Shown here one piece after another: positions 28,474 through 39,333 of a DNA stretch of 64,000 nt. Position 1 is the stretch's first letter; every line of letters begins with the position of its first letter. The stretch is taken from assembly GCA_963778655.1 (NCBI GenBank), contig CAVZVA010000009.1, positions 1,408,001 to 1,472,000 of the forward strand. Direction: 5' to 3'. A program made the position numbers and the translations under genes. Source of the stretch: an uncultured delta proteobacterium. GTDB lineage: Bacteria; Myxococcota_A; Polyangia; Polyangiales; JAFGIB01. The notes below the pieces were generated by a model, which was not told the origin of the DNA, did not search any database, and saw nothing but the letters and a program-made list of their open reading frames with translations.

Positions 28474-29835
28474 TTCCTGGCTCTTGAGCCCCGCGCGCGT
28501 GAGCCCGCGCCAGAGCTGGTGGGCCTTGCCGGCAGCGGCGGTTTCGCCCAGCGCCTCGAGCAGGCCGGGCAGCACCAGCTGCACGCCGGGGTGGCGCCGC
28601 AAGCGCGCGTCCAGCTCGCGGCGGAATTCGCCGAGCGCGATCCCGCCGTCGATCACCAGCTTGCCGTACACCACGCGGTGCGCCTCGGGCGGACGGTGGC
28701 GGTGCTTGTGCATGTGCTCGCCGCTCGCGCAGCGGCTGCACAGCATCTCCACCCGCTCCTGGTGCACGAACGCGCGGCTGCCCTCGGGCAGATCGGCCGC
28801 GAGCGCGTCGAGCTGCCCCGGCTGCTGTTGCAGCGCCACGAAGCGCAGCCGCCGCTCGTCGCCGCGGCGCAGCACGGCCAGCAACGGGAAGCAGGGCGTG
28901 GGCCGGCCGTCGCGCTCGCTGAACGCCACCGGCGCGCCGTCCCACAGCACCACGTCGCCGTAATCGACGGAGGCCTCGCGGTAGCTGGCGCTGGCCACCA
29001 CGCCGTGACACGGGCTGAGCGGGCTGACCCACAGCAGCTCGAAGCTCACCGAACGCTCGGGCACGGCCGACCCCGGCCCCAGGCCCGCGCCGACCGTGGC
29101 CGCGCGTACCAGAAACGGCGGCAGCTGCTCGACCTCGGGCATGCCGCTTTCGGCGCACCGCGCGTCGTGGCCGAGCTTGCGCAGCGCCTCGACCGCCAGC
29201 GCGCCTTCGCCCAGCGCGGTGGCGCAGATCGCGCTGTTCCACAGCACCGCCTTCTGATCGCCGAGCAGCGCACGGGCCCGCTGGTTGCAGGCCAGGCCCT
29301 GGCGAAAGTCGCCCCGCGCCTTGTGCAGCAGGCCGAGGTTGAACCAGAAGCTACCCCGCTCGGGCTCGGCCGCGAGCGCCTGCTCGAAGGCGGCCAGCGC
29401 CTCGTCCCAGGCGTGCGCCAGACGCAGCGCGTTGGCGCGGCCCATGCGCAGGTAAGAGAGCATGGCGGGCTCGCCTCCGCGGCGCTCGAGCGCGGTCAGG
29501 CAACGCGCGGCGGCTGCGGCGGCGCGTGCAGCCGGCCCCTGCGCAGCAGGCGGCTCGTCCGCGGGCGTGAGCTCGGCCGCGCGGATCAACGCATCGCACG
29601 CGCGCGTGACCAGGGCCGGGTCTTCGGGCCAGCGCGCGAGCACGCGTTCGACGTCGGCGAGCAACGTCGGCCGCGACGGGTCCGCGCGCAGCAGCTCGAG
29701 CCAGAGCGCCGCCCGCTCGGGCTGCTGCTCGGGCTCGAGCGCGCTCAGCGCCTCGAGCGCGGCGGCCACCTCGGCCGGCTCGCGCGCAGTGCGGGCGCGT
29801 TCGATCGTGCTGGCTGGGGTGATAGGCGTGCCCAC
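28465..29835 (-). CDS. TPR-containing protein with putative metal-binding motif
   Basis: TPR-like AFEQALAAEPERGSFWFNLGLLHK; CSRCASGEHMHKH in the C-terminal part; GTG start inferred. Confidence 0.75.
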   Translation of the reverse strand: MGTPITPASTIERARTAREPAEVAAALEALSALEPEQQPERAALWLELLRADPSRPTLLADVERVLARWPEDPALVTRACDALIRAAELTPADEPPAAQGPAARAAAAAARCLTALERRGGEPAMLSYLRMGRANALRLAHAWDEALAAFEQALAAEPERGSFWFNLGLLHKARGDFRQGLACNQRARALLGDQKAVLWNSAICATALGEGALAVEALRKLGHDARCAESGMPEVEQLPPFLVRAATVGAGLGPGSAVPERSVSFELLWVSPLSPCHGVVASASYREASVDYGDVVLWDGAPVAFSERDGRPTPCFPLLAVLRRGDERRLRFVALQQQPGQLDALAADLPEGSRAFVHQERVEMLCSRCASGEHMHKHRHRPPEAHRVVYGKLVIDGGIALGEFRRELDARLRRHPGVQLVLPGLLEALGETAAAGKAHQLWRGLTRAGLKSQETG

Positions 29836-29840
29836 GGAAC

Positions 29841-30971
29841 TCACGGCTCCGGCGGCGAGTCCAGCTCGACGATCGTCTCGCCGGTTACGATGCCCGGGCC
29901 GACGGTCACCGTGATCAGAGCCTGCTCGCCGGGCAGATGGTGATCGAGCTGCTTCTGCAGCTCCGCCATGCTGTGCACCGGATGTGAGTCGAGCGCCAGG
30001 ATGATGTGCCCGGTCCACGGCACGCCCAGCTGCGCGATGAAGGGCGGCGGCGGGTCGGAGGCGCTGAGTATGCCGGCGCGCGCCGCTGGGCTGCCGGGCA
30101 CCACGCGGAGCACGCGCACGCCCCGGTAGCCCTGCGCCCGAAAGTCCGCGCCGTATACGCCCAGCCACACCCTGCGGGCCGGGTGCGCGTGGTGGTGCCC
30201 GCCTTCGCGGCGCTCGGAGCGGGCGTTGGGGCCGGCGGCTCGGGCTCCCGACCCGGTCAGCTCCTGTTCCACCTCCGCCAGCAGCTGCTTGACGTAGCGC
30301 GCCGGCACCGCGAAGCCGATGCCTGCGCTGGCCCCACTGCGCGAGAGGATCGCGGTGTTGACCCCGATGATCTCACCGTTCGTGTTGACCAGCGGGCCGC
30401 CCGAGTTGCCCGGGTTGATCGGCGCGTCGGTCTGGATCACACCGCGCACGTCGCCCTCGCCGATCGCGGCCAGATCGCGACGTGCGCTGACGATGCCCTG
30501 GGTGAGCGTGCCCTCGAGGCCGTAGGGGCTGCCGAACGCGAGCACGGTCTGGCCCACCTTGACCTGGTCGGAGTCGCCCAGCGGCAGCGGACGCACGTGC
30601 ACGCGGCCGTCGACCTGCGCCACCGCCAGATCGTGGCGCGCGTCGTAGGCGATCAGGCTGGCCTCGCGCACGCTGCCGTCGCCGAAGCGCACCCGCAGCC
30701 GGCCGCTCCAGCGCGCCCCCGAGGCGACGTGGGCGTTGGTGACGATCCAGCCGTGCGCCGGAGCCACGAAGCCCGAGCCCGAGGACTCCCCCGCCACCAC
30801 GGTGACGGTCACCTCCTTGAGGCGCTGGGCCAGCCGGATGCGCTGCTCGTCCGAGATTTCGGCGCGTGACACACCGGGCGCGCACAGCGTCATGGCGTTC
30901 AAGACCAGGGCGACTGCCTGGGGCAAGAAAGCGCCCCTGCCGAGGCCACGCGGGCGACAAGCTCCTGACAT
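29841..30971 (-). CDS. HtrA/DegP-like trypsin serine protease with PDZ domain
   Basis: SGSGF, TNAHV, DLAV and QTDAPINPGNSGGPL catalytic motifs; PGSPAARAGI PDZ. Start position uncertain. Confidence 0.9.
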   Translation of the reverse strand: MSGACRPRGLGRGAFLPQAVALVLNAMTLCAPGVSRAEISDEQRIRLAQRLKEVTVTVVAGESSGSGFVAPAHGWIVTNAHVASGARWSGRLRVRFGDGSVREASLIAYDARHDLAVAQVDGRVHVRPLPLGDSDQVKVGQTVLAFGSPYGLEGTLTQGIVSARRDLAAIGEGDVRGVIQTDAPINPGNSGGPLVNTNGEIIGVNTAILSRSGASAGIGFAVPARYVKQLLAEVEQELTGSGARAAGPNARSERREGGHHHAHPARRVWLGVYGADFRAQGYRGVRVLRVVPGSPAARAGILSASDPPPPFIAQLGVPWTGHIILALDSHPVHSMAELQKQLDHHLPGEQALITVTVGPGIVTGETIVELDSPPEP

Positions 30972-31182
30972 GTCGGTATAGATGGCCACTGTTTCGGCTG
31001 GATTCAACTGCAAACCGACGTGCCCGCGCTGGGCGCGTGCTCGTGCGTCCGCCCCGCCCGTCGGGCGGGCCTCGCGTGGCCGCTGGCCGGGGCCGGCCCC
31101 TCGCCTTGGTGGTGGGCAAGCGCGGCCGACAAATCTACAATGGGCGTGCGGGCCTGCGAGCCCGCTCCGAAGACGAGGAACC

Positions 31183-31947
31183 GTGAAGCGCGTTGCGTTT
31201 GGGGTCAGCGACATCGGACGGCGAAGGCTTTCCAACGAAGACGCCTTCCTGGCCGACGACGAGCTGGGCCTGTATGTCGTGGCCGACGGGATGGGCGGCC
31301 ACAACGCCGGCGAGGTCGCCAGCGGCGAGGCCGTGGACGTGTTGCACAGCATGGTCAAGCGCGAGGGCCAGGCGCTGGCCGCGATCGACGACCTGCCGCC
31401 CGGCGACGCCCCGGCGGAGGCCATGCGCCGCACGCTGCGGCTGATCGAGAGCGCGGTGCAGGCCGCGACCTACATGGTGTTCGGCTTGGGCGAGGCCAAC
31501 CCCGAGCGCAAGGGCATGGGCACCACCATCAGCGTGCTGCTGGCCCGCGGTGAGCACGCGATCATCGCGCAGGTCGGCGACAGCCGTATCTACCTCGTGC
31601 GCGACGGCAACGTCGAGCAGGTGACCGAAGATCACACGCTGGTGGCGTGGCAGCTGAAGAAGGGCCTGATCACCGCCGAGGAGGCGCGCCACTCCCGGCA
31701 GAAGAACGTGATCACGCGCGCGGTCGGCTCGCGCGAGTACGTGCAGGTCGACACACGCGCGCTGCCGGTGCGCAGCGGCGACCGCTTCCTGCTGTGCTCG
31801 GACGGGTTGCACAGCTACCTCGACGAGCCCGAAATCGCGGCGCTCGGCTCGGGCTCGGTCAAGGACGCGGCCAACCGCGCGGTGCAGCTCGCAAACCAGC
31901 GCGGCGGCCGCGACAACATCACCGCGGTGGTGGTCGAGCTGTCTTGA
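31183..31947 (+). CDS. PP2C-family Ser/Thr protein phosphatase
   Basis: NEDAF, VADGMGGH, GMGTT, VGDSRIY, LLCSDGL and GGRDNIT motifs. Confidence 0.93.
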   Translation: MKRVAFGVSDIGRRRLSNEDAFLADDELGLYVVADGMGGHNAGEVASGEAVDVLHSMVKREGQALAAIDDLPPGDAPAEAMRRTLRLIESAVQAATYMVFGLGEANPERKGMGTTISVLLARGEHAIIAQVGDSRIYLVRDGNVEQVTEDHTLVAWQLKKGLITAEEARHSRQKNVITRAVGSREYVQVDTRALPVRSGDRFLLCSDGLHSYLDEPEIAALGSGSVKDAANRAVQLANQRGGRDNITAVVVELS

Positions 31948-31971
31948 AGATCCAGGGACAGCCCCTAGAGC

Positions 31972-32147
31972 CTAGAGCACCGAACATATTGACACACGCA
32001 CGACTTCGGGGCCCTCGCGGGCGTATGGCACGCGCGCTCCCCGCTCGACCTAGGATGTACTACGTACGCCTTCGGGCTCCCGCCCGCACCCTGCATCCCG
32101 CCATGACCCCGACTTCGCACACCGTTTCAATATGTTCGGTGCTCTAG
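31972..32147. mobile_element. MITE-like non-autonomous element (176 bp)
   Basis: Perfect 21-bp terminal inverted repeat CTAGAGCACCGAACATATTGA (31972-31992) / TCAATATGTTCGGTGCTCTAG (32127-32147); no transposase; lies between convergent genes. Confidence 0.75.
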
Positions 32148-32150
32148 TTT

Positions 32151-33557
32151 CTAGTGCGCCCGTGAGGGATCTGCGGTGGAGACCGATTCGGGCTCGGGGC
32201 GCGGGGCTTCGACCGCGGGGGGCGGCATGGAGGAGCTGCGGGGGACGCCCAGGAAGCGCTCGCGCAGGTAGAGGAAGAGCGTCTGGATGATGCTGAGCAC
32301 CGGCACCGCCAGCAGCGCGCCGACGATGCCGGCCGCGTGCTCGCCGGCCAGCAGCGCGAACACCACCAGCACCGGGTGCACGCGCGCCGAGTCGCCCATG
32401 ATCTTGGGATTGAGCACGTGCGCCTCGAGCTGGTGAATGCCGACGATCCAGGCCAGCACCAGCAGCGCCAGCCCGAAGTCCTGGGTCAGCGCCACCAGCA
32501 CCGCGGGAATGCTGCTCAGGATCGAGCCGAAGATCGGAATGATGCTCATTACGGCGGCGAGCAGGGTCAGAAACGTCCAGTACTTGATGCCGAGCAGGTA
32601 GAAACCGATTCCCGACAGCACGCCGTTGATCGCGCAGATGATCAACTGCCCGCGCACGACGCCCGAGAGCCCGCGGTCGATGCGGCGCACTAGCTCGTCG
32701 AAATCCACGCGGCGCTCGGGCGGATATAACGAGCGCGCGAATACGAAGACGCGGTCGCTGGTGATGAGCAGATAGGCCGAGATCACGATCGTGAGCAGCA
32801 GCCCGAAGATGCCACGAACCAGCTTGGTGATGAGCTGCTGAGCGGCCTGCAGCAGCGCGAGCGCGGTCTGCTCGGTGTTGTCCATGGTGCGGGCCACCGC
32901 GGAGGTGATCGCCGCCGCCAGGTCGCCCTGGGTCTTGCCGCGCCGGCCCCCGGCCTCGATGCGGTAGGCGCGGTTGCTCTCCGGCACCACGCGCAGGCCG
33001 CCCTGCGGCAGCAGCACCTGGTAGCCTCCGCCGGGGCGCGGGCGCACCTCGATCGCGCCCGGCTCGGGCAGCCTCACCGGCGGCTTGACCGGTGCCACCG
33101 CGCGGCTCTCGGCCTCACCGCTCGGCTGCGCCAGGTAGGGCGCGCGGGCCTCGCGCAGGCGGCGGTCGATTTCCGGCAGCCACTGCTTGCGGAAGGTCGC
33201 GACCGCGCGCGGCGCGTCCCGGCTGAGCCTGCCCAGCTCGGCGGCGAGCCGCGGGCCGGAGAGCGAGACCAGCGCCACCAACATGCCGATCAGGGTTGCA
33301 TACAGCACCAGCACGACGGACCAGCGGGGCGGCTTGATACGCCCGAGCGCGTGCTGAGCGAGACCCACCACGGGCGACAGCACGTAAGCCAGCACCAGGC
33401 CGAGCAGAAACGGCAGCAGAACCTCGCGGAACGCCACCACCACCGCCAGCAGCAGCAGCCCGCACACACCCAGAAACCAACCCCTGCGCCGCTTGGAGCC
33501 GGGGCCCGAAGGCGGCAGGACCAGCACGTCCCCTTCACCTTCACCCGGCTGGCTCAT
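32151..33557 (-). CDS. AI-2E family (PerM/TqsA) transporter
   Basis: LLPFLLGLVLAYVLSP, VRGQLII, IPIFGS, QLEAHVLNPKIMG and VHPVLVVFALLAG motifs. Confidence 0.9.
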   Translation of the reverse strand: MSQPGEGEGDVLVLPPSGPGSKRRRGWFLGVCGLLLLAVVVAFREVLLPFLLGLVLAYVLSPVVGLAQHALGRIKPPRWSVVLVLYATLIGMLVALVSLSGPRLAAELGRLSRDAPRAVATFRKQWLPEIDRRLREARAPYLAQPSGEAESRAVAPVKPPVRLPEPGAIEVRPRPGGGYQVLLPQGGLRVVPESNRAYRIEAGGRRGKTQGDLAAAITSAVARTMDNTEQTALALLQAAQQLITKLVRGIFGLLLTIVISAYLLITSDRVFVFARSLYPPERRVDFDELVRRIDRGLSGVVRGQLIICAINGVLSGIGFYLLGIKYWTFLTLLAAVMSIIPIFGSILSSIPAVLVALTQDFGLALLVLAWIVGIHQLEAHVLNPKIMGDSARVHPVLVVFALLAGEHAAGIVGALLAVPVLSIIQTLFLYLRERFLGVPRSSSMPPPAVEAPRPEPESVSTADPSRAH

Positions 33558-33665
33558 CGGGCAGGCTCCATCTGCTCACCATAGCGCAGCGCCGGGCGCG
33601 CGCCCAACCCGGGCGGCTGCGAGCCGTGACTCCCGCGGGTGGGCGCAAGCGCGCGGCTGCGCGGC

Positions 33666-35426
<1,761 letters not shown>

Positions 35427-35610
35427 ACTTGCGGGGAACCCCTTTCCTCAGAGCCCATCTGGCCTTGCTCGAAGCCGGCGCCAAACGCCGATAGGCTTGT
35501 TCAGAATCAATCAAACCGCGGGAAAGACGCACCCGCGCGCGGTCGGCAAGGCACGCGGCAAGGCCGCGGAATCTTTGGGCGGGGTAGGCTAACCGCGAGG
35601 TCTGGGGCTG

Positions 35611-36291
35611 TCAACCAGACCTGTCCTTGACCACGTCCAGCAGCCGGGCCAGGGCCTGGTCGATGTCGAGGTCGGTGGTGTCGAGCACCACGCTGTCGGG
35701 CGCCGGGCGCAGTGGGGCGACCGGCCGATTCTGGTCCTGCTCGTCCCGCGCCCGCACCTCGCGCAGAGTGGTCTCGGGGTCGGCCGGCAGGCCGCGCGCC
35801 CGCAGTTCGTCGGCGCGGCGCGCCGCGCGTGTCTGCGCGGTCGCGGTCAAGAAGACTTTGACCTCCGCGTCCGGAAACACCACCGTCCCGATGTCGCGGC
35901 CTTCCAGCACGACCCCGCCCTGCCGTCCCAGCTCACGCTGGATGCCGAGCAGCGCGGCCCGCACCTCCGCGTGCTTCGAAACATCGCTTGCACCCATGGA
36001 GATTTCCGGGGTGCGGATGTCGCCGCTGCGGTCGCGGCCGTCGATCAGCAGGTGCTGGCCGCCTTCGTCACCCGCGCGAAACGCCAGGCGCAAGCCGCGC
36101 GCCAGCGCGCCCAGCGCGGGCCCCTGCTCGAACGAGAGCCCGGCTTCGCGCGCGGCCAGCGCCACGCCCCGGTACAGCGCGCCGGTGTCGACCAGCACGT
36201 AGCCCAGGCGCTGCGCCAGCATGCGCGCGAGCGTGCTCTTGCCCGCGCCGGCCGGGCCGTCGATCGCGACCACTGGACGCGCCCGCGTCAT
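35611..36291 (-). CDS. cmk: Cytidylate kinase
   Basis: AIDGPAGAGKST, DTGALYR and VLEGRDIGTVVFPDA motifs. Confidence 0.96.
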   Translation of the reverse strand: MTRARPVVAIDGPAGAGKSTLARMLAQRLGYVLVDTGALYRGVALAAREAGLSFEQGPALGALARGLRLAFRAGDEGGQHLLIDGRDRSGDIRTPEISMGASDVSKHAEVRAALLGIQRELGRQGGVVLEGRDIGTVVFPDAEVKVFLTATAQTRAARRADELRARGLPADPETTLREVRARDEQDQNRPVAPLRPAPDSVVLDTTDLDIDQALARLLDVVKDRSG

Positions 36292-37650
36292 GCTTGGCCC
36301 CCGCTTGGGGCCGGCGCTTCACGTTCGATGCCGGCGCCGAGCCGCTGCAGCAGGTCCAGCAGACCGGGGTAGTCGTCGTCGATGCAAGCGGCATGGTCCA
36401 CCACGGTCTCTCCCGGCGCTGCGAGCCCGAATAGCACGGCGCAGGCCGCCAGACGACGGTCCTCGCGGGCGTCGACCCGCGCCGGTAGCAGGCGCGGCGC
36501 CGGGCTCACGTGCAGCACGCCGTCTTCCAGCGCACAGCCGGCGCCGAACGCGCGCACCAGGCTGGCCAGAGCCCGCAGCAGGCTCGGTTCCGCCAGCGCG
36601 GGGCAGCCGGTGGGGTCGAGCTGCAGCCCGCGGGCGGAGCGCGCGCCGAGCAGGCACAACGCCGGCGCTTCGTCGCCGCAGCGCAGCAGCAGCTCGCCAG
36701 CCATCGCGCCGCCGCGCAGCGGGCTCGCGTGCGCCCGCAGCTCCGCCACCGGCTCGTGCCCGGCGCGGTCGCCCTTGGCGGTCCACGCGCAACGGCCGCC
36801 GAGCAGGCGCAGCGCGTCGAAGCAGCCCGTGCGCGAGGGGTTGACGCCCACATCGGGCAGCATGACGCGGCTGCCTTCCAGCACGGCGGCGGCGAGGGCC
36901 AAGAGCGCGGCCACGCTGGTGCTGCCCGGAAGCGAGAACGGCTGGGGCAGGCGCAGCTGGCCGTCCCACTGCTGCGGGTCGAATCCCGCCATCGGGCCGA
37001 GCCGGCGCAGCGGCACGCCGCACGCGGCCAGCATGCGCTCGCTGTGGTCGGCGGAGAGCAGCGGCTCGGACACGGCGGTCGAGCCTGCGGCGAACAGTCC
37101 CGACAGCAGTAGCGCGCCCTTGGCGTCGGCGTCGGGTCCGGGCAGCGCGCACTCGATGCCGAGCAGCTGCTCCTCTGGCAGCAGGGGCGCGATCGAGAAT
37201 CGGCGCCCGCAGCGGCTCGCCCTCGGCGCCGCGGGCTGCGATCTGTGCGCCGCGCGCGCGCAGCGCGCCCACCAGGTGCTCGAGCGCGGGCGAGGCCGCT
37301 GCCGGCTCGAGCGTCAGGCGCGTGCCAAAGCGCTGCCCGCACAGCACGCCGGCGAGCAGCGCCAGCGTGGTGCCCGAGCGCCCACAGGCAAGCGGGGCGG
37401 AGGGCATGCGCAACCCGTGCAGCCCCACGCCCTCGATGCGCGTGGCCGCGGCAGCGACTTCGGCGCGCACGCCCAGCGCGCGCAGGGCTGCCAGCGCCGC
37501 ACCCAGCGGCGCACCGGCGAGCGGTGCCTGCAACGTGGTCGAGCGCTCGGACAGCGCGGCGAGCACGAGCGCGCGCAGCGCCACCTGCGGGTCGGGCGGA
37601 GGCTCGACCACGCCGTGCAGCGGGCGCCCGCCCTGGATTCGCACGCGCAT
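36288..37650 (-). pseudogene. aroA: EPSP synthase (AroA)-like gene, +1 frameshift near 37197-37200, active-site motifs degenerate
   Basis: The N-terminal frame (GVGLHGLRMP, CGRSGTTL, LRARGAQI) continues in another frame as KGALLLSGLFA, DHSERML, VGVNPSRTG, EPVAEL, YPGLLDLLQRLGA. Removing one base gives 453 aa. Canonical aroA position before cmk. Confidence 0.75.
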
Positions 37651-37653
37651 GGG

Positions 37654-39318
37654 CTAGTTGACGGGGAGGGCACGCGCCCTCCCCGCCCCGTCGGCAAAGC
37701 CGCCGGGGCCCCACCCCTGCGCGGGGTTCGCTGCGCTCACGGGATGCTGTGTCAGCTCATCATGGAGGGCACGCGCCCTCCCCGCCCCGTCGGCAAAGCC
37801 GCCGGGGCCCCACCCCTGCGCGGGGTTCGCTGCGCTCACGGGATGCTGTGTCAGCTCATCATGGAGGGCACGCGCCCTCCCCGCCCCGTCGGCAAAGCCG
37901 CCGGGGCCCCACCCCTGCGCGGGGTTCGCTGCGCTCACGGGATGCTGTGTCAGCTCATCATGGAGGGCACGCGCCCTCCCCGCCCCGTCGGCAAAGCCGC
38001 CGGGGCCCCACCCCTGCGCGGGGTTCGCTGCGCTCACGGGATGCTGTGTCAGCTCATCATGGAGGGCACGCGCCCTCCCCGCCCCGTCGGCAAAGCCGCC
38101 GGGGCCCCACCCCTGCGCGGGGTTCGCTGCGCTCACGGGATGCTGTGTCAGCTCATCATGGAGGGCACGCGCCCTCCCCGCCCCGTCGGCAAAGCCGCCG
38201 GGGCCCCACCCCTGCGCGGGGTTCGCTCGGGCATCGGCGCGTGGGCCGGCGGGTTGGCATTGGGCGGGCTTGCCCTGTAGCAGCATGCCCACGCGCTCGC
38301 GCAGGCTCTTGACGTCGTCCGCGGACAGCGCGAGCGAAAGCGTGAGCAGGCTGCCGCTGGTTTGGACCTGCATGCGCTCCAGCCATGGCGGCAGCCCCAT
38401 CAGGCGCATCACCAGGCCGGCCTGCCCCGAAAGCGAGCGCACTGCGGCTGCGGTGCGCGCCGCGGTCTCGGCTTGCGGGTAGAGCACGCGCAGCTCCGCG
38501 CGCGCATCCTGCGCCAGCACCAGCGCGAGCGCGGCCGAGCCGTTGGCCAGGCCGCTGCCGAGCTCGGCGCCGCCCACGCTCGCGAGCTCGTCGCCGATGC
38601 GGCGCGCGCTGCGGTCGTCGAGCTGCGCGACCGCCGCCAGCGTGTGATCGAAGAGCCACCGGGTGGTGTCCAGGCCGCGCATCAGCGGGTCGCTGCCGGC
38701 CCAGCTCGGGCGCGCGCCGTCGGCCACCTCGAGCACGGCGCCGAGCAGCGGCCCGGTGCCGAGCGCGATCAGGTGCGGGCCCAGCTGCGCGGCCGCCAGC
38801 GGGCCGGCGTCGAGCAGCTCGAAGCGGCCGCGCTGCTCCGCCGACACCTGCGTGCAGGCTGCCGCCGACCACACGCACGCCTGGTCGAGCGCGGTGCGCG
38901 CGTCTGCGTCGGCGTAGTCGCCGCGCAGCAACAACAGCCCGCGCGCCGGCGCGCCCTTGCGCTCGCCGGCGAACAGCGCGAACGCCACGCGCTGCGTATG
39001 CTGCAGCAGCGCCTGGGCCGGCCTTCCGCTCACGCAGGCGTAGCGCTCCGCCCACTGCTGCAGCGTGGCGAAGTCCGGCGAGCTGCGCATCTGGTCGAGA
39101 TCGGCCCGGCCCAGCACGCGCGCGCCCGCGGGCAGCAGCTGCAGCGGCTCGTCGGGCAGCGGCGGCGGAGATGGCGGTACGGGCGCCGCGGCGCTGGGCG
39201 CCCGCGGCCCGGGCGCGGCTTGCTGGGTCGCGCCTCCGCAGGCGACCAGCAGCGCGCAGGCCGCGAGCACGACCCGGCGTGCAGAGCTCGGCAGGCGATC
39301 GAACGAGGGCGCGTGCAC
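37654..39318 (-). CDS. Putative lipoprotein with repeat-derived C-terminal tail (33-aa unit)
   Basis: Lipobox-like LLVACGG; Pro-rich linker; the last ~190 codons are encoded by the 99-bp array. Confidence 0.75.
   Translation of the reverse strand: MHAPSFDRLPSSARRVVLAACALLVACGGATQQAAPGPRAPSAAAPVPPSPPPLPDEPLQLLPAGARVLGRADLDQMRSSPDFATLQQWAERYACVSGRPAQALLQHTQRVAFALFAGERKGAPARGLLLLRGDYADADARTALDQACVWSAAACTQVSAEQRGRFELLDAGPLAAAQLGPHLIALGTGPLLGAVLEVADGARPSWAGSDPLMRGLDTTRWLFDHTLAAVAQLDDRSARRIGDELASVGGAELGSGLANGSAALALVLAQDARAELRVLYPQAETAARTAAAVRSLSGQAGLVMRLMGLPPWLERMQVQTSGSLLTLSLALSADDVKSLRERVGMLLQGKPAQCQPAGPRADARANPAQGWGPGGFADGAGRARALHDELTQHPVSAANPAQGWGPGGFADGAGRARALHDELTQHPVSAANPAQGWGPGGFADGAGRARALHDELTQHPVSAANPAQGWGPGGFADGAGRARALHDELTQHPVSAANPAQGWGPGGFADGAGRARALHDELTQHPVSAANPAQGWGPGGFADGAGRARALPVN
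37665..38227. repeat. Perfect 99-bp tandem array: 6 x 68-bp palindromic core (family A) plus 5 x identical 31-bp linker
   Basis: Unit starts at 37665, 37764, 37863, 37962, 38061 and 38160; copies identical by inspection. Confidence 0.97.
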
Positions 39319-39333
39319 GGCGGGCAGTTGAGC

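Noticed and set aside
32016..32030. Sigma54 promoter at TGGCACG inside the MITE
   Set aside because: There is no TTGC at the -12 position.
37665..38227. CRISPR array
   Set aside because: The 68-bp repeat is too long, all 31-bp spacers are identical, and there are no cas genes in the window.
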